A stretch of DNA of 64,000 nt from positions 16,533 to 80,532 of the forward strand of contig CAZGGK010000012.1 in the NCBI GenBank assembly GCA_964525125.1, in the 5' to 3' direction. The stretch comes from an uncultured Mycobacterium sp. GTDB lineage: Bacteria; Actinomycetota; Actinomycetes; Mycobacteriales; Mycobacteriaceae. This document shows, piece after piece, positions 57,488-64,000 of the stretch (position 1 is its first letter; every line of letters begins with the position of its first letter). The notes below the pieces were generated by a model, which did not search any database, had not been told where the DNA came from, and saw only the letters and a program-made list of their open reading frames with translations. The translations under genes and the position numbers were made by a program.

Positions 57488-60400
57488 GCTCGGTCTCCTA
57501 CCTTTCGCCGCGAGGCCGCACGTTGCCGCGCGGCCGCGCGCTGCTGGGCCCGGGTCCGGACCCCGCCGCCGCTCTCGGTGTCGTCCGGCCCGCCGAGACC
57601 GAGTTGACGGATGAGATCGGTGGCCAGGTCGGCCAGGGTGGCGCCCTGCAGCAGCAGCGCCACCGGTGGCTCCACCCCGAAGTCACCGCGCACGGTGTTC
57701 CGGATCCGCACGGCCATCAGCGAATCCATGCCCAACTCGGTCAGCGGCTGCGCGCTGTCGATGACGCTTCCCTTCGGGTAGCCCATGATAGCCGTGATCC
57801 GGCCGCCCAGCCGGGCCACGACGACCGCGTGGGCGGCTGCCGGATCCAGTTCGCGCAGCGCGTCGGGGCCGGCCCAGTCGTCGTCGACGTCGAGGTCCAG
57901 TTCCTCGGCCAGCGTCGCGAAGAACCCCAGCTGCCGGATCTCCGGGAAGGCGGCCGCCGCACGGTCCAGCCGCAGCCGGGCCACCCCCACCCGGGTCAGG
58001 TCGCCGGCCAGCACCGCCTCCAGTGCCTCGATGCCCTCGGCGGGGGCGATCGGGTCCAGCGCGCCGAACTTCAGCGCCTGCGCCACCCCGACATCGGACC
58101 ACTGACCCCAGTTGATCGTGATGGCCGGCAGGCCCGCCGCGTGCCGCCAGGCCACCAGGCCGTCCAGCCATGCGCTGGCGGCGGCGTAGGCGGCCTGCCC
58201 GGGCGCCCCCAGCAGCGACGACGTCGAGGAGAACCCGGACCACCAGTCCAGGTCTTTGCCGGCGGTGGCGACGTGCAGTCGCAGCGCGCCGGCCGCCTTG
58301 GGCGCCCAGACCCGTTCCAGGGTCTCCCGGTGCAGGCCGACGACGATCTGGTCGTCGATGACGGCCGCGCCGTGGATGACGCCCCGCAGGGCCAGCCCGG
58401 TCTGTTCGGCGGCGCCGACCAGCCGTTCGGCCACCCCGGGCTCGGAGATGTCACCGCAGACCACTTCGATCGCCGCGCGCTGCTCCAGTTCGGCGATGGC
58501 TGCCCGCTGCTCGTCGGACGGCTCGGAACGGCCGTTGAGGACGATGCGCGCGGCGCCGTGGGCGACCAGCCAGCGCGCCACCACCAGCCCGATGCCGCCC
58601 AGCCCGCCGGTGACGATGTAGGCGCCGTCGGAGCGCACCAGCGGGGCCGGCCCGGCCGCGCCGAGCTTCGCGCGGGACAGCCGCTCGACGAATCGCTGTC
58701 CGCCCCGCCAGGCGATGATGTCGTCGGTGCCGCCGCCGCCCAGTTCGGCGAGCAGCACCGACGGATCCGCCGCTGAATCCAGATCCACCAGCGTGGTGTG
58801 CAGATCCGGGTGTTCGTAGGCCAGCACCCGGACCAGTCCCTTGAGGGCGACGGCGGCCGGATCGCCGGGTTCGCCGGCGAGCACCGACAGTCCGTCGCGG
58901 GTGACCAGCCACAGCTGCGGCGGCTTGCCGTGCCAGCCGCCGACGATCGCTCGCACGGTAGCCGAGACACCCCAGGTCGATTCCAGCCCGCGCCGCACCG
59001 CGTCGCCGGTGTCGGTTCCGTCGAACGAGCCCGGGCGGGCGAAGACGACCACTCCGACCGGTGGAAGTTGCGGATCGGCAGCGGTATTCGCGAATGCCTC
59101 CAGCAGCCCCGGCTCCTGCGTGACGTCCGCGCGGACCACGCGGCGCGTCGGTGCGCCGAGCTGCACGACGAAATCATCGGCCAGCCGGTCGGTTTCGGCG
59201 CCGTCGGTCAACACCAGCCAGCTGCCGTCCGGCGGCACGGCACCGGCGGCGGCGTCCGGGGCGCCGGTGGCCTGCGTCCAGGTGGTGTCGAAGATCTTCT
59301 GGCTCAACGGCAGCGGCACCGTGCGGGCCTGCACCCGCTGCAGGTAGATCCCGCCCAGTTCGGCGGTCGGCGTCCCGGCGTCGTCCATCAGGATGACCCG
59401 GCCCACGATGCCGTCGTCGCCGTGGCTGACCACCTCGGCGCGGCAGCGGGCGCGCCGGCCCACCTCGCCGAAGACCCGCAGGGTCTCCACCGCCACCGGC
59501 AGATAGGTGGCCTCGGCCGATTCGGTCGTCGATTCCTCCGGCAGCGCCGCCGCCAGGCACTGCAGTGCCGCGTCGAGCATCACCGGATGGATCCGGTAGC
59601 CGCGGTGCGCGGTGGCTTCCTCCGGCAGCACGATCTCGGCTTCGGAGAACCCGCCCGGTCTGCGGGTGATCCGGGTCAGCGCGGCGAACGCCTTGCCGTG
59701 ATGCAGGCCGGTGCGGTGCAACGCGAAGTAGAAGTCCGCCGGGGACAGTGCCGTGCCGGCTTCGGTGGCCGCCGGCCGCTCCGGCGGCGGCCCGGCCGGT
59801 GCGGCCTGCACCCGCGCGACCGCGTGCCGGCGCCAGGCGCCGGTTGCCGCGCGGGAATGGATCTCCACCCGGATGTCCCCGGATTCGCCACCGGAGATCA
59901 ACTGCGTCGTCAGCCGGGTCTGCTCGTCGAGCGGCAGCATCTGCTCGACCTCGAGGCGGTGCACCGTTATCGCCGTTGCTGGCAGTCCCAGCGCCTCGCT
60001 GGCCGCGGCCAGTGTGATCTCGGCGTAACCCGTTGCCGGCATGACGATCTGGCCGTGCACCTTGTGATCGGCCAGCCAGGGAACGAGTTCGGTCCCGACG
60101 TCGGCCTGCCAGAGGTGGTCCTGGCTCATCGGAAGTTCCACGTGCGTCCCGAGCAGCGGGTGGGTGCTGGCCGACTGCCGGTTCGCCGCCGAGGCCGCGA
60201 CCCAGTGCCGGACATGCAGCCAGGGCGTCGGCGGCAGGTCGGCGCGCCGAACCTGGCCGCCGGATGGAGCCGGCTCGGCCGACGGTGGCCGGACCGCCGC
60301 CAGGTTGGTGTGGAAGGTCAGGGTCTCCGGGTTGTCCCGGGTGAGGGTGGCCACTACCCGGCCACCGCCGCGGGGCCGGGCGGACGCCAGGTTCTCGCCG

Positions 60401-62904
60401 ATCGCGTGGGTGAGCAGCGGGTGCGGGCTGACCTCGACGAAGGTGGCGTGCTCGCGTGCGGCGGCCGTCACCGCCTGGCTGAACCGCACCGGGTTGCGCA
60501 GGTTGGCCACCCAGTAGTCGGCGTCGAAGCTCGGTGCGCCGGCTCCGCTCTGGTCGACGGTGCCCAGCACCGGGATCTTCGGCGCGCCGGGCGTCAGGCC
60601 GGCCAGCGCGGCACGCAACTCCGGCAGGATCGGATCGACCGTGGGGTGGTGCGAGGCAACGTCGACCTCGACGCGGCGCGCCAATCGGCCCTGGGCGTCC
60701 ACCACCGCCACCACCGCGTCCACCTGGTCGGGCGGTCCGGCGATCACGGTCTGCTGCGGGGCGGCATACACCGCGACGGTGATGCCGGGCCGGTCGGCGA
60801 TCAACTTCTCGACCGCCTCGGCACCCGACTCCAGCAGCGCCATCGCGCCCTGTCCGGACAGCCGGGCCATCAACTTGGACCGGGTGGCGATGACCTTCAG
60901 CCCGTCGGCCGTGCTGAGCGCCCCGGCCACCACCGCGGCGGCCACCTCCCCCATCGAGTGGCCGATCACCGCATCCGGCTCCACCCCGTAGGACCGCCAG
61001 AGCGCGGTCAGCGCCAACTGCATGCCCACCAGCACCGGCTGGATCCGGTCGATGCCGACCACGGTCTCACCGGATTCCAGCACCTGGCGCAGCGAGAAGC
61101 CCACCTGCGCGACGAACGTCGGCTCGAGTTCGGCGACCGCGGCGGCGAAGGCCGGCTCGTCGGCCAGCAGTTGCCGGCCCATGCCGGCCCACTGCGAGCC
61201 CTGCCCGGAATAGAGGAACACCGTGCCCGCCCCGTGCCAGGCGTCGTGCGGTCCGACGACCCCCGGCGCCGGCTGGCCGGTGGCCACCGCCCGCAACCTG
61301 GACACCGCGTCCGCGCGATCGCCGGCACACACCGCGGCCAGCTTGTTGTAGCGGCTGCGATGGCGGTTGACGGTCTCGGCGACCTCGGCCAGGCGCACCC
61401 CGGCGCCGTCGGTCTCCATCCAGTCGGCCAGGGTCGACGCCCACGCCGCGATGCGCTGGTCGCTCTTGCCGGAGAGCACCACCGTGGTCACCGGCGAACC
61501 CGGCCCGGCATCCGGGCCTGCCGCCGGGGCCGCCTCGGGTCCCTGTTCGATCACCACGTGCGCATTCGTCCCGCCCAGGCCGAACGACGACACCACGGCA
61601 CGGCGCGGGCCTTCCGCGATCGGCCAGGGTGTCGGCTCGGTGGGCACGAACAGCCGGGTCGGCGTCGGGTCGATCGCCGGATTCCATTGCGAGAAGTTCC
61701 GATTGGGCGGGATCTGGCCGCGCTGCACGGACAGGGCGGCCTTGATGAACCCGGCGATGCCGGCGGCCGCCTCCAGGTGGCCGATGTTGGTCTTCACCGC
61801 ACCGAGCGCGCAGGGCCCGTTGCCGCGGCCGTAGATGTCCGCCAGCGCCTCGAACTCGATCGGATCGCCCAGCGCGGTGCCGGTGCCGTGCGCCTCGATG
61901 TAGTTCACCGAGTTGGCCGGGACGTCGGCGCTGCGCAGCGCGCGGGCGATGACGTCGACCTGGGCGATGGTGTTCGGCGCGGTCAGCCCGTTGGAGCGGC
62001 CGTCGGAATTGATCGCCGAACCGCGCACCACCGCGAGCACCCGGTCGCCGTCGGCCACCGCGTCGGTGAGCCGCTTGAGCACCACCACACCGGCGCCCTC
62101 GCCCCGCACGAACCCGTCCGCGGCGGAGTCAAAGCTGTTGCACTGGCCGCGCGGCGACAGCATGCCCCACTTGGCCATCGCGATCTGGGTCTCCGGACGC
62201 AGGATCAGGCTGACGCCGCCGGCCAGGGCGAGATCGCTCTCCCGCAGCCGCAGGCTCTGGCAGGCCAGGTGGATGCTGACCAGCGACGACGAGCATGCCG
62301 AGTCCACCGCCACGGCGGGCCCCCGCAGGCCCAGCAGGTAGGCGATCCGCCCGACGGCGACGGCGTGCGCGTTGCCGGTCGCCGAATAGGCATCGATGTT
62401 GTCCGGGTTGGCCGCCGAAATCGTCTGGTACTCCGTGTAATACACGCCCATCATCACCGCGCCCCGGACCCCGGACAACTGGTCGGGCGCGATCCCGGCG
62501 TGCTCCAGCGCCTCGAAGGCCACCTCGAGCATCAGCCGCTGCTGCGGGTCCATCTCGTCGGCTTCGCGCGGGGATATCCCGAAGAAATCGGCGTCGAAAC
62601 CGGCGACGTCGGGCAGGAAACCGCCCCACTTCGAGGACATCCGGCCGGGCGCGAACTGGTCCGGGTCGTAGAACTCGTCGGCGTCCCAGCGGTCGGCGGG
62701 GATCTCGCTGATCCCGTTCCCGGCGTTCTGCAGGAACTTCCAATAGTTCTCCGGGCCGGCCGAACCACCCGGGAAGCGGCAACCGATCCCCACCACGGCC
62801 ACCGGTTCGGCGGCGGCGATCCGCGACGCCTTGCTGAACTGCTCGGTCAGCGCGCTGCGCTGCTCGGCGCTCATCGCCGAAACCCTGCTGAAGATCGTTG
62901 CCAT
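57484..62904 (-). CDS. Type I PKS module KS-AT-DH-KR-ACP (PpsD-like body, PpsB-like N-terminal docking region)
   Basis: DSACSSS, GHSMG/VASH, HPLLG..LADH..MP dehydratase, TGGLGGIG KR, GMDSL; no ER domain. Confidence 0.9.
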   Translation of the reverse strand: MATIFSRVSAMSAEQRSALTEQFSKASRIAAAEPVAVVGIGCRFPGGSAGPENYWKFLQNAGNGISEIPADRWDADEFYDPDQFAPGRMSSKWGGFLPDVAGFDADFFGISPREADEMDPQQRLMLEVAFEALEHAGIAPDQLSGVRGAVMMGVYYTEYQTISAANPDNIDAYSATGNAHAVAVGRIAYLLGLRGPAVAVDSACSSSLVSIHLACQSLRLRESDLALAGGVSLILRPETQIAMAKWGMLSPRGQCNSFDSAADGFVRGEGAGVVVLKRLTDAVADGDRVLAVVRGSAINSDGRSNGLTAPNTIAQVDVIARALRSADVPANSVNYIEAHGTGTALGDPIEFEALADIYGRGNGPCALGAVKTNIGHLEAAAGIAGFIKAALSVQRGQIPPNRNFSQWNPAIDPTPTRLFVPTEPTPWPIAEGPRRAVVSSFGLGGTNAHVVIEQGPEAAPAAGPDAGPGSPVTTVVLSGKSDQRIAAWASTLADWMETDGAGVRLAEVAETVNRHRSRYNKLAAVCAGDRADAVSRLRAVATGQPAPGVVGPHDAWHGAGTVFLYSGQGSQWAGMGRQLLADEPAFAAAVAELEPTFVAQVGFSLRQVLESGETVVGIDRIQPVLVGMQLALTALWRSYGVEPDAVIGHSMGEVAAAVVAGALSTADGLKVIATRSKLMARLSGQGAMALLESGAEAVEKLIADRPGITVAVYAAPQQTVIAGPPDQVDAVVAVVDAQGRLARRVEVDVASHHPTVDPILPELRAALAGLTPGAPKIPVLGTVDQSGAGAPSFDADYWVANLRNPVRFSQAVTAAAREHATFVEVSPHPLLTHAIGENLASARPRGGGRVVATLTRDNPETLTFHTNLAAVRPPSAEPAPSGGQVRRADLPPTPWLHVRHWVAASAANRQSASTHPLLGTHVELPMSQDHLWQADVGTELVPWLADHKVHGQIVMPATGYAEITLAAASEALGLPATAITVHRLEVEQMLPLDEQTRLTTQLISGGESGDIRVEIHSRAATGAWRRHAVARVQAAPAGPPPERPAATEAGTALSPADFYFALHRTGLHHGKAFAALTRITRRPGGFSEAEIVLPEEATAHRGYRIHPVMLDAALQCLAAALPEESTTESAEATYLPVAVETLRVFGEVGRRARCRAEVVSHGDDGIVGRVILMDDAGTPTAELGGIYLQRVQARTVPLPLSQKIFDTTWTQATGAPDAAAGAVPPDGSWLVLTDGAETDRLADDFVVQLGAPTRRVVRADVTQEPGLLEAFANTAADPQLPPVGVVVFARPGSFDGTDTGDAVRRGLESTWGVSATVRAIVGGWHGKPPQLWLVTRDGLSVLAGEPGDPAAVALKGLVRVLAYEHPDLHTTLVDLDSAADPSVLLAELGGGGTDDIIAWRGGQRFVERLSRAKLGAAGPAPLVRSDGAYIVTGGLGGIGLVVARWLVAHGAARIVLNGRSEPSDEQRAAIAELEQRAAIEVVCGDISEPGVAERLVGAAEQTGLALRGVIHGAAVIDDQIVVGLHRETLERVWAPKAAGALRLHVATAGKDLDWWSGFSSTSSLLGAPGQAAYAAASAWLDGLVAWRHAAGLPAITINWGQWSDVGVAQALKFGALDPIAPAEGIEALEAVLAGDLTRVGVARLRLDRAAAAFPEIRQLGFFATLAEELDLDVDDDWAGPDALRELDPAAAHAVVVARLGGRITAIMGYPKGSVIDSAQPLTELGMDSLMAVRIRNTVRGDFGVEPPVALLLQGATLADLATDLIRQLGLGGPDDTESGGGVRTRAQQRAAARQRAASRRKVGDRA

Positions 62905-64000
62905 CAGATACCGCTCTCATTACCTGCCGCCGCGGATTCCACGTTGGCGAACAATTCGTCCAGTACGCCGACCTCCGAGCCGGCCGGCGCCTCGGCGTCG
63001 GCGGGCTCGTCCGGAAGCTGTCGCGGTGCCAGGAATTCCACCAGATGCGCCGCCAGCGCCGAGATGCTGGGGTGATTCCAGAACATCGACGCCGACAACT
63101 CGATGCCCATCAACTGCTGGGTCTCCTTGAGCACCGTCATCGCCATCATCGAGTCGAGTCCCAGTTCCGGGAACGGCTGATCCACATCGACCGCCGACGG
63201 CGCCTTGCGAAGTTCCCGGGCCAGGATGGCCCGGAGCCGCGTCACGAGTTCGCCGAGCCGGTCCTCGGCGGGCAGCTGCGACCAATCCGGCACCGCGGCA
63301 ACGGATTCGTCGGTGACTGCCGACCCGGCTGCTGCTTCGGCAGACTCGCATTCGGCGACCAGCGGTTCGAAGTAGCCGAGTTGGCGGAACTGCGGGGTGG
63401 TGGCGATCGCCCGATCGAGGCGCAGCCGGCCCACTCCCACCCGGGCCAGGTCACCGCCGAGCAGTGCCTCCAGCGCCTCGACACCTTCGCCGGGGCTGAT
63501 CGGATCGAGCACACTCAGTGTCATCGAGCGCCCGATCCCGACATCCGACCACTGGCCCCAGTCGATCGCGGTGGCCGGCAGCCCCGCGCCGCGCCGGAAC
63601 TCCACCAGGGCGTCCAGCCAGGAGTTCGCGGTCGCGTACGCGGCCTGGCCGGGCAGGCCCAGCAGCGCCGCCATCGAGGAGAAGCCGACCCACCAGTCCA
63701 GCTGCCGGCCGGCCGTCGCGGTGTGCAGCCGCAGTGCGCCGACCGCTTTGGCCGCCCACACCCGCTCGAGACTCTCTGGCGTCAACGCCGTCACCAGCCC
63801 CTCGCCGAGCACACCGGCCGCGTGCACCACGCCGCGCAGCGCAAGCCCGGTCTCCTCGGCTGCCGCGACCAGCCGCTCCGCCACCCCGGCCGCGCCGATA
63901 TCACCGCGGACGAAGACGACCTCGGCGCCGGTTTCCAGTTCGGCCATGACGTCGCGCTGGGCCTCCGAGGGCTCGCTGCGGCCGTTGAGCACCAGCCGGG
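62904..64000 (-). CDS. 3' part of a type I PKS (KR-ACP with PpsA-like C-terminal tail); truncated by the window edge
   Basis: HAAGV, GQAAYATAN, GLDSMM, FWNHP, VLDELFANVES tail; TGATG coupling to the next gene. Confidence 0.88.
   Translation of the reverse strand, partial: RLVLNGRSEPSEAQRDVMAELETGAEVVFVRGDIGAAGVAERLVAAAEETGLALRGVVHAAGVLGEGLVTALTPESLERVWAAKAVGALRLHTATAGRQLDWWVGFSSMAALLGLPGQAAYATANSWLDALVEFRRGAGLPATAIDWGQWSDVGIGRSMTLSVLDPISPGEGVEALEALLGGDLARVGVGRLRLDRAIATTPQFRQLGYFEPLVAECESAEAAAGSAVTDESVAAVPDWSQLPAEDRLGELVTRLRAILARELRKAPSAVDVDQPFPELGLDSMMAMTVLKETQQLMGIELSASMFWNHPSISALAAHLVEFLAPRQLPDEPADAEAPAGSEVGVLDELFANVESAAAGNESGI

Noticed and set aside
58798..63075. Long antisense ORFs (1425 aa here; also 22087-25071, 37278-39764, 54962-57607)
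   Set aside because: Expected stop-poor shadows of high-GC coding strands; no recognisable motifs.
36770..64000. Mobile element signature for the lipid island
   Set aside because: No integrase, transposase, tRNA target or flanking direct repeat seen, and composition looks host-like.

Overview
High-GC mycobacterial chromosome segment, largely syntenic (from recalled gene order) with M. tuberculosis Rv1533-Rv1571. The lineage-specific secreted-protein families suggest a non-tuberculous species, possibly Mycolicibacter, but this is not established. The left 36 kb is core: biotin locus (5' end of bioB, bioQ with its palindromic operator, bioAFD), a pseudo-catalytic NlpC/P60 RipD with an internal 16x tetrapeptide repeat, sucT-like acyltransferase, treXYZ, ilvA, a Ddn-family reductase, fadD11, dnaE1, RluA synthase, lspA, ansA, dinX, and ileS with a translational T-box riboswitch. 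The right 27 kb is an accessory lipid island. It holds what looks like a contracted, chimeric phthiocerol (Pps)-type PKS line: a PpsA-tailed module, then a PpsB-docked/PpsD-bodied module, then PpsE, with no PpsC or ER domain in view. This is translationally coupled to papA5. The island also carries an Rv2952-like methyltransferase, a Baeyer-Villiger monooxygenase, hydrolase, SDR, O-methyltransferase, a flavodoxin/DUF2505/nitroreductase operon, MmpS/MmpL, and three tandem uncharacterised Cys-patterned secreted paralogues, one frameshifted in a G6 tract. The island is the best candidate for an undescribed system, a non-PDIM wax-ester pathway. No rRNA, tRNA, CRISPR or transposase was recognised. 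All homology calls come from motif reading and recalled sequences, not database searches.
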